Below, piece by piece: positions 15,201 to 30,023 of a DNA stretch of 64,000 nt. The notes beneath the pieces were generated by a model. It had not been told where the DNA came from and did not search any database. It worked only from the letters and a program-made list of their open reading frames with translations. Position 1 is the first letter of the stretch, and the number at the start of each line of letters is the position of its first letter. The translations under genes were made by a program, and so were the position numbers. The DNA is from Geosiphon pyriformis uo1 (Eukaryota > Fungi > Glomeromycota): NCBI GenBank assembly GCA_016748015.1, contig JAAOMT010000703.1, positions 248,001 through 312,000 of the forward strand, given 5' to 3'.

Positions 15201-15430
15201 ATTTTGGGTATTATATAATTAAATATCTTAAGAGTTTTAACTATTGCTAAAAGAACCAAAACTCTAATACAAAAATTTGGTCTCTTGGATACAAAACTTA
15301 TTTCGCTTCAAGTATTATATATTCTATCTACAAAAGACTTTAACAAACTAGTTAGCTTTAAGTTAGACAAAACTCTTCAAATAGATTACTTTATAAATAG
15401 CTTGATTTCACCAAACCTCAATCTCTTTGG
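9213..15430 (+). pseudogene. gag-pol plus downstream ORF3 of element E, disrupted
   Basis: ORF track fragments 9213-9533, 10055-10390, 10807-11367, 13755-14081, 14250-14477 and 15285-15470, in PR-RT-RH-IN order. Confidence 0.82.
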
Positions 15431-15439
15431 AGAGAATGA

Positions 15440-16105
15440 TGTTATAATTGAAACCTATACTTCTTATTAATTATTACATGTATTAACTACTAATGTTACA
15501 TAATTAGCCACTCTATTTTTAGATAGTAATTATTGACCTGATTATTGACCTAGTTATTAACTTGATTATTAACTACTTTTGATAGCTATATAAGTAATGA
15601 ATCTCTTAGCTGTAGAAAAGCATGTAAGAATAAAAATAAATAAATAAATAAAATAACAACTTTCATCTCAATTATTCTCTTATTGCTAATTTCTCTTTCC
15701 TTATTTTCAAGTATCTAAACATCTTGGGATAAAAAATTACTTGTTGGTTATTCTCTACTTTTTTCTAAAACGTGTAATTGTAGCATTTGAAGATTATTGA
15801 ATAAAATATGACTGAAAAGTACATCTAATACCTGATATTAAATTTTAAAAGTGCTAATATGAGACATAGAATTATACCAGTGTGTAATTATTTGTTGACA
15901 GCACAGACTATCTTTTTACCTTTAGATTTTTTGGTTATCTTTTGAAAAGTATAGCAACTGAGATATTTTATGAGACTGATCTTACATATTAAATTTATAC
16001 TCATTTAATTCACTTTTTGAAGTTGAATTTTTTTTGATTCCTTTTATTACTCTACAATTCTGTTTTCTCTTGCTATTTGTTAACTTATTATTCCAACTCA
16101 TAACA
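15440..16105 (+). repeat. 3' LTR of E (4 copies of the 12-bp unit)
   Basis: tgttataattgaaacc...ctcataaca. It is 84 bp (7 units) shorter than the 5' LTR. Confidence 0.88.
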
Positions 16106-17552
16106 GTGGTATTTGAATTGATGGAGTCTAATAAATTATTTGTGGCTGTGCTGGTTAATAGATTATGGGTGCTAGTGCCTAATAGATTGGAAGTGAGTAT
16201 AATTGTTGTGTTATTGGTGAGTAATGTTGTTGGTATGAATTTTGATTTGGGTAATGGTTTGAAGTCTAAAATCAGCAATCAGAGTTTTGATATTGGCTTT
16301 CCAATTGTTGGTTATCTAATTTTAATTGGCAATCTATACTTAAGTGTCTCTGTTTACTACAATAGTGACAGGCATGTGTTTCTTGTTGCCATTAATGATT
16401 TGTTGATAACAATAGATATGACTGATTTTGGAAGTAATTCACGTTTCTTTGATTATAGCATTTTTGTAGAAATTAATAAATTGCCTAATTGTTAGCTAAA
16501 TATCTTTTATTTTTCTGGTTAATGTAATTATTAAATTGTTTCAATTTGGAGTCTAAGTCAGATAATCTATTTATTACTAGATTAATAGCTTGGGCATAGT
16601 TAGCTTTAAGTTCAGCTGCTTTAAAATCTTTGGCATGGATAACTGCAGCTTGAAGATTTGTTAGATACAATAGACATACTTATTAGAGGATATTGCTGTA
16701 TAGGCTTCTGATGAATTAATTCAAAATTTGTGGTGAAGTAAAATAGTCAGTGTTGATAGCTTGGATTTGACATAGATTGCAGTAGAAGTATCCCAAGTAA
16801 GTGGTAACTGCTTTTGTTTTTTCTTGCTTAATAGTAGTAAAAGCAATTGCTAAGCAATTAATGCTGTTATTATTACTAAAATATCTCAAAAAAACAAGTT
16901 TAAATTCATTGAACATTTAAGGTTTCTGGGCAAGCCTTTGATATTATAAGTTGGTAGTATTTTATAAAAAATAAGGAATCACTTGAAGAGCTCTGGTGTC
17001 ATCCCAATTATTGGCTGTAATGGCTTTGGCGATGTTATTTAGCCAGGCTTAAGCATTATTTTTTTTGCCAGTGAACTTCTTAAGCTTAGCAATAAGTGCA
17101 TATGCTATTAGAATGATTACAGGTTGATATGATTGTTATTACAATTATGGTAATTGTATTGGCTGTTGTAGTGGTTTAGCTATTGGTTCAATTAGTGATT
17201 AATTAATTATAATTACTGAAGATAAGTGTTGATTAATAGTATTAGAGTTGAGATTATTCTAATTTTGTGAAGTTTAAATATTCGGAGTTTCAATTTCTGG
17301 GTTTTCTACAATCAGGTTTTAATAATTAAATTTCTGATTGTTATCTCTCTCTTCTTTCAATTCCATTACTTCTTAATAACTCATAGTTCTGAAATTTAGT
17401 TGAGGTGACAGTAATTGAAATTCTAATAATATTGGTGATCACAATTTGAATTCTTCAAAGTAATTGCTATAGATTCCCAATAATTCTGCTTTCTTTTGTT
17501 TACTTTGGAATAGAAGTTAAGTTAATAATAATTTTACATTTAATGTTGATGC
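16106..17552 (-). pseudogene. gag of element A, middle part
   Basis: FLRYFSNNNSINCLAIAFTTIKQEKTKAVTTYLG is homologous to C gag 37562-38161. Continues at 41030 after element B. Confidence 0.82.
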
Positions 17553-18355
17553 TATCACTCATAAAAAAAACATATAAAAAAAAATAATAAGAAAACAGAT
17601 AAACCAATAAGAAAGTAGTAGTTAGCACATAAGCATATTGCTTAGCAATGTAAAGCAATATTAGAAAATTAGGGCACATTGCTTAAGAAATTATAGTACA
17701 TTACTCGGAAATGTAAATGATCTCATAAAACCTAAATTATGTATATATAGCAAGAGCAGTAGAAACAAAAAAGACAGAATCATCTACCAAGACCTTTCAG
17801 TTTAAATTTTATCTAAGCAACTCTTCAAATTTACAAATATTAATAAATAACTATTTGCTATCTTAAATCCAAATTTTTACTATTAATACTTTATATTAAT
17901 AGTAACTGATACTTAACCACAGTGGAACAATAACTCTTAATTATGGCTATTGATAGAATATTAACATTTATTGTCTTGACTTATTTCTTTATTTTCTTTT
18001 ATTTTCTTTTGTTATTTCTTGTTGTTAACTAATTGATTAAAGATTAAGTATTAAGTTATTAACATTACAAATAGCCTGGTAAAAGACCTGAATAGAAGGG
18101 TACAGAGTGAGAATTGGATAGCTTATCAAAAAAACACAACTGCCAGAATAAACCAGCCACCAAGCTGAAAAAAAAAATTGGGAACTTATTACAAATGAAT
18201 TGCACACCATCAAATCTTTGTTCATTATACAAAGGACTCAACCAAAATCTTTAAATAACCAAAACCTTCAGATATTATTACCATTGTAGAAGCTATTGAG
18301 CACCAAGTTACAGATTTGTTATTTGATTCAAAACCCAAAATAATCACCTGTAACA
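17553..18355 (+). repeat. 5' LTR of element B
   Basis: tatcactc...cctgtaaca; aligns with 30003-30023 joined to 40219-41029. Confidence 0.87.
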
Positions 18356-21300
18356 TTTGGTGCTTTCTGTGAGATTTAATTCAATAGAGAACTGGAACCA
18401 ACAGCATTCATCTAAAACAGTAACAGAATCTGAAAAAACAAAGACAAATCATTTAGAATTTGCAAAATCCTTATTCCAATATTATTACACCCATCTTAGA
18501 TTAACAAATAATAGTTGGCCAACAGAATTAGCTTTTAATTGCTATGTTAACAAAAGAATAGTATATCATTTAAAAGACCAAAGAGATCCAGAATTTATCT
18601 TCAACAATTTCTTTAATGAATTACTCCAAAGCATCACACTGTTACAGAATTATTTATTTGCACTACTAATCACAAAAATAAATAGAAAAATAAAAAAATA
18701 GAAAAATACACCAAACAAAGATTTCTTATTACCTTTGTTAACAAAAAAAAAAGAAGATTGCAAACACCAACAGGAACTCCAAAGCAAATACAATTACTTA
18801 TTTGGAAGAAACAGAGAATCAATTCACCTGCTAATCTATTATATCATCACATATCCAGAAGCACTATCAATATAACATTAATAAGCATGTCCACCACAAA
18901 TATGACAATACCATTAAAAAAAATCCTGTTCTAAAGTAAACAAAAGAAAGCAGAGTTACTAGAAACATATGGCAATTATTTTGAGAGATTTAAATCACAA
19001 TCCCCAATGCCATTAGAAATTTGATTATCATCATCACAACCAGATTTTAGAGCTGTTAGTCCTTGGAAAATAACTGACTTCAAAGGAAAAAAAGATAGTA
19101 ATTAAGAAATTAATAAGTAAAATCCGATTTTAGAAAACCCAGAAATTCAAATCCCAATCATTCCAACTTAACAAAATCAGAATAATCCAAATACTGCCCC
19201 TATTATTGTCCAAAACTTATCTTCAGTAATCGTAATTGATCCACCACCAGTCTTACCAATTACTAAACAGCAACAACAACAGCCACAACCATTACCCCAG
19301 CAATAACTGCAATAGCAACCTTAACTCCAACCATAACAACAACTACTATTAGTACCAATAACATATACACCCATTGTCAAAATTGAAAAATTCATCGGCA
19401 AAAAAGATAATGCCCAAGTGTGGCTCAACAACATAGAAAAAGCCATCACAGCCAATAGATAGAATAACAACAGAGCTCTCCAAGTAATTCCCTATTTTCT
19501 TCAAAATACTGCCAATTCATGATATTAGAGCTTAACTACCAGACCACAAATTTTTCAAGAATTCAAACTTGAATTCTTGAGATATTTCAGTAACAATAAT
19601 AGCATTAACCACTTGGCAAATACCTTCACCACCATCAAGCAAGGAGAAAGTGAAACAGTTACTACCTACTTAGGACACTTCCACAGAAATCTGTGCCAAA
19701 TTTAAGCTATTAACACCGACTATTTCATAGTGGTTCAGATTCTGAATCAGTTTATTTATAGACTATACAGTAATATTCTCCAATGCATACATTTATTACA
19801 TCCAGCCACTCTTCAAGTTACAGTCATACAAGCCAGAGACTTTGAATTAGCTGAACTAGAAGCCAATCATGCACAAGTTATAAATCTAATAATGAACAGA
19901 TCATCTGATTTGAATTCCAAATTAAAACAATTCAATGATTCAATCAATTAGAAATTAGAAGAATACTTAGCTAACAACAATTAGGCAATTTATTAATTTC
20001 TATAACAATACAATAATCAGAGAAACTTAAATTGTTTCCAAAATCAATTGTGTCTATTATTATCCACAAATCAACAATGGTGAACTAAAATATGTAGTTG
20101 CTACTATTGTGGTAAATAAAGATACTTACAAATCAACTGTCACAATTGCTTAAATAACCAATGATCAGGAAATCAATATCAAAACCTCAATTGTCAATTT
20201 CAAACTCCAAATTATCAACCAAATTCGGAACCATATTAACTAAATTACCTATTAATAACATAGCAGCCAATTTATTAATCACTTATTTATCAAAACCCAG
20301 CACCAATTGTTTATCAACCACAGCCACAAATAATTTATCAACCTTAGCAAATCCAAACACCACCACAAATAACAATGTCTACTGGAAATTAAAGACCAAG
20401 AACTATTTAACAAAACTGGAGATCAGCAATAGTAGTCTATCAACTGATTTCCAGTTCATCAACTCTACAATCAGAATCACACCAGTGGAATTTAGGAACC
20501 AGATATGTCCAAAACCCAAATTCTCAGAACTATTTAAGCCTTCTTGTGACTTTAGAAAACACCCAAATCAATAATCAGAAAATTAACCAAATGCCACTTA
20601 CTAGAAACATCCCACTAATAACTGTTACCAATAATGAATCATTAGCAGTAATTTTCCCTTTTAAAATAGAGGAACCAGCAAAAACATTTCTTTTTAGTAG
20701 AGCTGCCCTTGATGTAAAACCCATCACCATAATATACACTAATACCAAAGTTGATGATCAGTTCATCAAACTGATTCTTGATAGCAAATCAGCAGACAGC
20801 ATTATCACATAACAACTTATAGACCAATTAGGTTATTGAGTTAATCATGCTGTCAGTGCCAGAATTATTACAGCCAATAAAACAACCAAAACTTCTATTG
20901 ACAAAATCAACAACTTCTTTTTTGAAGTTAATGGCATTGTAGCTTCTATCAAAGTCTTGGTAATGGAAACAACTCAATATCAAGCTCTAGTTGGCAATAA
21001 CTGGTTGTCCAAAACCAATGCAGTGCTTAATTAAACCATGCAGAAGCTCCAACTCAATCAGAATGGTTAGCACACATATGTACCAGCCATGTGTGGCCAC
21101 TTTCAGATGAACACTACATCAATACCACTCATAAAATTGGAAAAAAAAGAGAACAAATCTATCTGAGAAGCTTATCAAGTATTATGGACTGAAAACAACT
21201 ATAACAAACTACTGCCAATTTTAATCTGAAAAAATAAAAGAAAAGAAAAGAAAAGAAAAGAGAAAAAGAGTTCACTTAAACCACCACTTCTATTTATATT

Positions 21301-22978
21301 TCATATACTATACTTCAATTCAATTATCATTGACCAAAGTTAATATGTATTGATTGTGACAAGAAATTATCATCAATGGGTGCATACTGTGGTGACAATG
21401 AGGATTGGCCAACAGTGACAAAGTTTTATTGCCACCCATGTGTTCTAGAGTGTTTTGGACGACTTAAACAACAAGGGAAATAAAATAATGAATCATGTCT
21501 TACATATGAAGAAACTCTATTAGACAAAGGAATATAGAATAACATTCCAGGGTAAGGAGGAATGTGTGATGAATTGTGCTAATACACAATCCTAATAAGT
21601 GACTGGATAAGAAAAAGAGACACTTATAAAAGCAGTATAGAGAAAAGTAATAAGACATTTGGACAAGTGTTCACATGACAATAATGAAATATGACACATA
21701 GCACTTACTAAAATCAAAGAAGCATTATCAAAAGAAATAATAATGATTAAAAACAACCCACTAAAATCCATAAAACTCAATTGAGGCCCAAATTCAGATA
21801 TTGTTCTAGACCCTATAAACTCAGAACAATTTCATGAACATTACCAAAAATTAGCACTCACAAGAAAAGAGCAAGAAAATGTTTGAAAAAAATCAACACT
21901 CGATTATGTAATTACTGTTTGATTCCATATGACTTTTAATATTGTAATAAGTGTGAGCTTATCTACAATTTACTACCATGCATGATCTACACAATCCCAG
22001 AAAAAGAAGAACCAATCAGTAGCTGTGCATTGGAATCAGAATTGACATTCAATTCTGATTCAAACTCTGACAACAATAATAACAAAAACAATGGTTTTAG
22101 CTCCATCCAAAATGGCAATAACAATAACAATAATTCAAACTCTGATTCAAACTCAAAACAATATATTGTGCTTTCTGATTTCACCAAGAAGCAGGAACTT
22201 AAATAGTTTAATGATAATGATGAAAGTATTATGCCTAAATATGCACATAATACTAATACAGAGTTTGATCTAAGATATTCTGGAAAAAATGCTATTAAAT
22301 TAGAACTATATTTACACACTTACATTGATCTCAAAGTAGCACTAGAAATTCTAACAACAACAATAGTTCAATTAGCATCTAGGAGTAGTTTAGTGAAAAA
22401 AGAAATCAATATAAGAAGAAGAATAATTAATATTGGATATGTAGAAAATATCATGGCTATGCTATAAAACAATTTAAAAAAAATTTATACAATAGAGCCA
22501 AATGAAAAATAGCATAGGCAATATTCCTGTCTCTGGTTAAAATAGCTCAATTAGTGTCAGTGGGAAAAAGAGAGGAATTAAAAATTACAGTTAGAGAGAT
22601 TAGTGGATTCAGATTTACGGATAGAATAGACATATAAGTCAATATAGCATAGGAAGAAATTGTTAACAAGGGAGAAATTATCTTCACCCATCAATCAATT
22701 TCCATTCCATTATATAATTAGTATATATTAGCCAATAAAAAAAGAATAAAAGATCAAGCTTAAATTTTTGAAGTAGAAACTACCATTTGTAAACCAAGAA
22801 AAATTGAATTTACCAATCTTTACATACTAGCCAAAAGTCCAAAACATATCAAAATTTCCATCTACAACACAACAAGAAATATCATTGAAATACCAAAAAA
22901 AACCACTATCAGATATTTAAGCACTGAGATTGAAGAACAACCACCAAACCCTATTTCAGACTTTTCACAACTGTGTGA

Positions 22979-25900
22979 TATTATGAGTAAACTTGGTGGG
23001 ATATGGTGGTAATATTTAGTGCTCTAATTTAGTGTTCTAAGATTGTATGTTTTTTACAAGATTGATGTTTATTAGTCTTTGAAGATCTTTTTTGGATGTG
23101 AATTTACCTGTTGAGTTTTTTGGTTATAAAACACAAAGTTTTGGTTTTTGATGATTGCAACTTCTTATAAAAGTGAGCTTTTTTCTCCAAGCTAATGAGC
23201 ACAGTCATTAAAGTCTGGCATTGTCTTTTTGCCCTTCTGATAAGCTAACAAGATAATATTAATATTCAAAACTTAGAGAGAGCCTCCCTTTTTTACCAGG
23301 CTATCATAATGTCTATTTTTAGACAGTCAATTTTCTATGTTGCCACTTCACAAGAAAAAAATAAAAAATAATAAAAAATAATAAAAAATAAAAGAAAATA
23401 AAAAAAGAAAAAAAAGAAAAAAAGAAATAAGTGTTCTGTCAATAGCCATGATCAAGAGCTATTGTGCCAGCAGGTTAAGTAGTGGATAATAACATGGATT
23501 TGAAGATTCAAAAAGATATTTTATTGATATAATTTTATTTTAGCTGATAGCAACTATCCTTAAAAAAGAAATATTTAATAATTATGACTTGTGAGTTTAA
23601 TTGACTCTAAAAGTCTAATTTTCTTTCTGGATGTCTTTCTAACTTCTATAGCTACTTATTTTATACATTTTTTTTGTTCTATAAGATTGCTTCTGATTGT
23701 TCTATTATTGCTAACTATTGTTTTGCTATTTCTGTAATTGTTTTGTTTTTCTACATTATTACTAGTTATTCTATATTATAATATATTATCTGGTGTTATT
23801 ACATATTATTCTGTGTTATTCTATGTTATAATATACTATTCTGTATTATTTTAAGTTATAATATATTATTCAACATTATTGCATGCTATTCTGTGTTATG
23901 TCACATTTTGGTTATATTTTTTCATAACTTTGAATCAGTTTTTCTATTCAGGTAACATTATTCCTCTCTTTTAGAATTGAGCTCCTGTGAAATCATAAAT
24001 TTTTTTTTGTATTAATGTTGTTACTGTAATTTCTATTGCTATTTTTAAATCTAATTTTATATGTAACTGGAGTTTTTTTTTAACTATAGTAGTCTGTCCA
24101 GAATATCCAAGTTCAAATCTTGCATTTATATGCTCTCATTATTATCACTGAATTAAGCTAATTTCTGTTTTATTGTAAGATCTAAAAACATAATATATTG
24201 TTTGGTGTTTGAAACAGAGTTTGAATTGTTGTTGGTGGAGTTTGAATTATTGTCATTATTAGTAGAGTTTGAATTGTTGTTGTCATCAGCAGAGTTTGAA
24301 TTGGGATTAAGTTTCAATTTTAATTCCCATTTGTTCTTGCTGATTGGTTTTTCTTTGAATATATAACACATGGAAGTGGATTGTGACTACATCCCAATAT
24401 TCTGACTTAGGACTGTTAGGTGAGTTTTGCTAATTTATTGGTACTGTGAGAATTAGGTTTTATTGGCTATTAGAGGTAAGTTTTTTTGTATGATAGTGGT
24501 GTTTAGAATTTATCAGACTTCAAATATTCAGATTTTTGAATAATTTCTGGAGTTTGAATTGCTAGAGGTTTAATGAGTTTTTATTAATGGTAAGTTTCTT
24601 TGTGCAATAGTGAGGTTAAAATTATTGAGTTTTGAATGTTTGAGTTTTGAATGATCAGGTTTTGAATAATCAGAGTTTTAAAAAATTTTAATGAGTTTTA
24701 ACGAGTTTATCAAAGGTAAGTTTCAAATGTTTGGGATTTTAATAATCAGGTTTTAAATAATTGGAGTTTTAATTTAACAAGTTTTTAATGAATTTATCAA
24801 AAATAAGTTTTGAATATTTGGGGTTTTAATGATCAGATTTGGAGTTTTAATTTAATAAGTTTTAATGAGTTTATCAATAGTAATTTTCAAATGTTCAGGG
24901 TTTTAATGATTGGGTCTTAAATAAATAGAGTTTTAATTTAACAAGTTTTTTTTCTTTTTTAACAAGTTTATTAATAATAATTTTTGAATGTTCATGGTTT
25001 TAATGATCAGATTTTGAATAATCAGAGTTTTAATTTAACAAGTTTATTGATGGTAAGTTCTTTATACAATAGTGGGATTGGAATTATTGGTTTTTGAATA
25101 ATTTTTGGAGTTTTAATTTTAATGAGTTTTTAACAAATTTATCAATAGTAATTTTCAAATATTCAAAGTTTTAACAATCAGGTCTTGAATAATTAAAGTT
25201 TTAATTTAACAAGTTTTTAACGAATTTATCAAAGATAAGTTTTGAATGTTTAGAGTTTTAATGATTGGGTTTTGAATAATCGGAGTTTTAATTTAAGAAG
25301 TTTTTTTAAAAGAAATGCTAAAATAAGAATTTCATAAATCCTAAGTAATTTTTCTCTTGTTTTTTTTTGGTCTTTTACTTTTGTAAATTTCTGGGGTGCT
25401 TTGTCTCTGTGAATTTTATAACCTTACAGGGAGCACCAAATGTTATGAGTAAACTTAGTGAGGTATAATGATAACATTTGGTGTTCTAATTTTGTGTTAT
25501 AAGATTGTATGTTTTTTACAGGATTGATGTTTATCAGTTTTTAAAGATCTTTTCTGAATGTGAATTTATTCATTGAGTTTTTTAGTTATAAGGCACAGAG
25601 TTTTGGTTCTCACTGATTGCAACTTCTTATAAAAGTGAGCTTTTTTTTCTAAGCTAATGAGTACAATTATTAGGGTCTAGTGTTGTCTTTTTGCCCTTCT
25701 GGTAAGCTAACAAGATAATGTTAATATCCAAAACTTAGAGAAAGCCTCCCTTTTTTACAAGGCTATCACAAAGTCTATTTCCAGACAGTCAATTTTTTTA
25801 TGTTGCCACTCCACAAGAAAAAAATAAAAAATAATAATAATAAAAAAATAAAAAAAAATAAAGAAATAAAGAAAATAAAATAAAAAATAAGTATTCTGTC

Positions 25901-26418
25901 AATAGCCATAATCAAGAGCTATTGTGCCAGCAGGTTAAGTAGTAAATAATAACATGGATTTGAAGATTTGAAGAGATATTTTATTGATATAATTCTATTT
26001 TGGTTAATAGCAACTATCCTTAAAAGAAGGAGTATTTAATAATTATAATTTGTGAGTCTAATTAACTCTGAGAGTCTAATTTTCTCTTTGGATGTCTTTC
26101 TAACTTCTATATCTACTCATTTTATATATTTTTTTTGTTCTACAAAATTGCTTCTGATTGTTCTGTTATTGCTAACTATTGCTTTGCTATTTCTGTAATT
26201 GCTTTATTTTTCTATGTTATTATTAGTTATTTTATATTATAACATATTATCTGGTGTTATTATATGTTATTCTGTATTATTCTATATTATAATGCATTAT
26301 TTTGTGTTATTCTAAGTTATAATGTGTTATCCAATATTATTGCATGTTATTCTGTATTATGTTACATTTTGGTCATATTTTTTCATAATTTTGGATCAGT
26401 TTTTCTACTCAGGTAATA
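22979..26418 (-). mobile_element. Element F: non-autonomous LTR element (about 980-bp LTRs, 1.5-kb internal region)
   Basis: LTRs 22979-23957 and 25441-26418. Perfect TSD GTGA (22975-22978 and 26419-26422). PBS complement accttacagggagcacca; PPT complement ttattcctctctttt. No RT or IN. Confidence 0.9.
24490..25300. repeat. Degenerate tandem array, about 80-95-bp unit, about 8-9 copies, inside F
   Basis: gagttttaatttaacaag-like starts recur at about 24673, 24764, 24842, 24928, 25026, 25109, 25197 and 25283. Confidence 0.75.
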
Positions 26419-29400
26419 GTGAATATGTAAACATTATATCACAAACAATATATGGACAAAAAAAATGTTATCTGCTCCAACCAGAACAATTGGAACAGAT
26501 AAATTTGGAAAATCTAGACTCATTATAATATATATAGCTTAAGATGTTACTCAGCAACTTCAATAACATCTTTGCCAATAAAAACAAATTTGGCAGAACT
26601 GACATAATCTAATATCAGATCAAGACTAGAAATGTGATGCCAATCAAACAAAGAGCATACCAAGTACCACCAGCAAGCCATGAAATCATCTGACAAGAGA
26701 TTAATTGGATGTTAGACAATGAGTTAATTCAATTATCAATGAGTTCATGGTCATTACCAGTAGTATTAGTTCAAAAGAAAAATAGAAAAATCTGCTTTTG
26801 TGTGGATTGCCAAAAACTTAATAGAATAACAAAAGAAGATAGCTATTTAACTCCAAAGATCCAAGAACTTTTTGATGCTTTTGGAGGAAAAAAATGGTTC
26901 TCAACTTTAAACTTAAACAGTAGTTACTAGCAAGTAGCCATAAAACCAGAAGATAAAAAAAAAACGGCTTTTACAACCAGAGAGAAAAATTTCAAGTTTA
27001 AAGTAATGTCATTTGGCTTAATGAACACTCCAGCCACATTTCAATAGCTCATAGAAATTGTCTATACTAGACTGTTATAGAAATCAATAATCATATATTT
27101 AGATGACACCAACATGTTCTTCAAGACATTTAATGATCATTTGCATCATTTCCAACAAGTATTTAAAAAACTAAGAAGAGCCAGATTAAAATTAAATACA
27201 ACTAAGTATTTCTTTGAAAAAACTGAACTCAAGTTTTTGGGACATGTCATAAACCAAGACAGCATCAAAACAGATCCAGACAAAATTGAGATAGTTAAAA
27301 ACTTTTTAGTACTCATCAATTTAACCAAACTATAAGCATTTTTGGAATTTGTGAGTTACTACTACCACTTTATTAAAGACTTTTCCAAACTGGCCCAGCC
27401 ATTACACCAGCTCTAAACAAAAAACATCAAATATGAATGAACAGAAAACCAGCAAAAAGCTTTTGATACATTAAGAAGAAAGCTTATTCAAGCTTCAGTA
27501 CTAATCTATTTAGATTATAGCAAATCATTTATAATCACAACTGATGCATTGAGTTAAGCATTAGGAGCTGTACTATCTTAGAAAAAACCAAATGGAAGAG
27601 AACACCCAGTAGTATATACTAGTCACAGCTTAAGTCCAGCTGAAAAAAACTATAAAACTCCAGTGCTAAAACACTTAGCAATCTATTGGACAGTTATGAA
27701 ATGGAAAAAATACTTAAGCCAGAAATTTGACATATATACTGTCCATAAAAATTTGACTTCAATCCAGAAGCAAAAATTTGGAAATAATCACTATGCTAAA
27801 TGGAAAATAGAACTTTTACTATTTAATTATATAGTACATTACAAAAAAGGAAAAAAAAATAGGAATGCTGATGGTTTGTTATAGATGAAACAAATTTAAA
27901 ACTATTTCAATCCAAAATATAACAAAAGATGAATACACAAAAATATTAACAACTTCAATACTATATTAATACTCAGTAGTTTAAGGAGAAATTATCTCCA
28001 AAAGAATGGAACTATATAAAACAACAATCAAAATATTTTATCACTTACCAAAATATATTTTATCGGAAAAACAGAAAGAATTCAGATTAATCAACCAGAG
28101 TAATCACAGAACCAGAGAAAGAAACAATATTATTTAACATGCATTTTGACTCAACAGCAGAACATTTTTACAAAAAAGCAACCATAGAAAAAACTAAAAA
28201 AAGATACTATTGGTTATCAATATATTCAAACATCATTTAATATATTCAAAATTGTAATATATGTTAGAAAAAAAGAGGAACAAGACCAAGCAAATTACTA
28301 AAACCAATTAAAATGGGACAACTATTTGATTGTATTGGAATTGACTTAGTTGGATTATTAACAATAACCAGCAAAAAAAACAGATATATTGCAGTAGCTC
28401 TGAATTATCTTACTAAGTGGCCAGAAACAAAAACCATTCAAAGAGCAGATACAGAATTCATTGCTGAATTCATTTATTAAGATCTGATTTGTCAACACAG
28501 ATACCCAAAAAAATTACTATTTAACTAAGGAACTCACTTTGTAAACAGAACATTAGCAGAATTAAGTCAAAGATTTGAAATAAAAAGATCATTATTATTA
28601 CTATATCATCCACAAACTAATGGCTTAATTAAAAAGTTTAATAGAACATTGTATAAAACAATTGCCAAAATCAGCCAAAAAAATCATGACAAATGGGATT
28701 TATTTATACCATTAGTATCATTTGCTTATCAAACAATAAAGCAAAACATTACACAAGCAATATTATTTGAGTTAGTATATGATAGAACAGCAACAGTACT
28801 AGTAGAAATAGAAGTTAGCATGAATTTAACTAAACCAATAACAGAAGACAATTTCCAAGAAACATTGTTAAAAAGAACATATGACTTAATGGAAACACTA
28901 GAAAACAAACAGTAAAAAGCAGCTGATAATATTCAAAAGTCACAAAAAAAACAAAAAAAAGACATGATAACCAATTATTGGATAAACCAGTTAAATTCAG
29001 AATTGAAGACAAAGTACTTTTACATCATACCAAAGTAAAAAAACAATGGAGTGAAAAATTTGACTCCAAATAGAACAGATCATTTCATATAAAAAAAATT
29101 CTAGAAAATAAAACTTATAAATTAAGATGAGACAATAAAATTTTAGCCAAAGCAGCACATAATGATTAACTGAAATTATATTACCATATAGTATTATCAT
29201 TTACCAATAATATTTTACAATTGAAAATATAATAAATACTAGTTCAATCAGATGAGATTTTATGAGATCTGGAATCAATCATAATTATTGAACCAAACAT
29301 GTCAAATTAAACAACCAAAAGAGTATATAAAAACATGATATATGCAAAAAAAAGCAACAAAAAAAATGGAAATACCAAATCATATTTACATCTTAGCTCA

Positions 29401-30023
29401 ACAATTGTTTCAAGCCTTAAGTCAACAGCAATTAAACATAGAAATTGTCATCAACCACCAAACAATCTGTTATTAAAACACCAAACAAAAAAAAAAAGTA
29501 CATTATATCAGTGACCACAAAAACAAGCAATAAACTGGTCAAATAAAATAGAAGAAAAAGTAAAGAACACTTTTGGAAAAATACCCATTATGGTTCCAAC
29601 AAAAAAACTTTCAAAAGAAAATTGGAAACAATAGACAGAACAACTTCTAATATTATACTGCTACTATTAGTTGGGACAAAAGTTGAACATTCAGAAATTA
29701 TATCTTGATAAAGCCAAAAAAATATTCAATTCAGAATATTGAAAATATTATCAGAAAGAAGACAAATCTAACACTACATATTAGAACAATCTATTAACTA
29801 CACATGATATTTCAAAATTATCCAGAAATATTGTTACACTTTAATATGAAGACAATTACTATTAACCAATAGGGAAGAATAAACAATATGCAAATTGAAA
29901 ATATAATAAACAAAGTTGAACAAACAGTATTAAAAAAAGAAGTATTAAACTTAATTCAAAATGAAAATTTTGATGGAGCTCAATATTAAAAGAAAGAGAT
30001 AATGTTATTTATAAAGAAAACAT

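Larger units (their letters stand above)
8411..16105 (+). mobile_element. Element E: full-length decayed Gypsy element of a second family (no dUTPase), inserted in the gag-PR region of A
   Basis: LTRs 8411-9160 and 15440-16105. PBS-like tggtgcttactataag after the 5' LTR; PPT ggagagaatga. TSD GTAA/GTGG. Gag zinc knuckle about 10510-10560, protease LILDS about 11210, RT YLDD about 12590, IN GIDVV about 13870. Confidence 0.88.
18420..29988 (+). pseudogene. gag-pol-ORF3 of element B, interrupted by F at 22979-26418
   Basis: Fragments: gag (ILNQFI..LHPATLQ), PR (LILDSKSA), dUTPase (FDLRY..ASRSSL), RT (SWSLPVVLVQKKN..FCVD), IN, ORF3 end FDGAQY*. Confidence 0.83.

Noticed and set aside
16034-16495. 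Hydrophobic 153-aa ORF that looks like a membrane or Env protein (similar: 13225-13566, 37241-37477, 46206-46484)
   Set aside because: These are antisense to A/C-rich gag or pol sequence, and this one spans an LTR junction. The hydrophobicity is compositional.
24490-25300. Possible CRISPR-like or satellite array
   Set aside because: The units are degenerate along their whole length, with no unique spacers and no cas genes, inside a eukaryotic LTR element.
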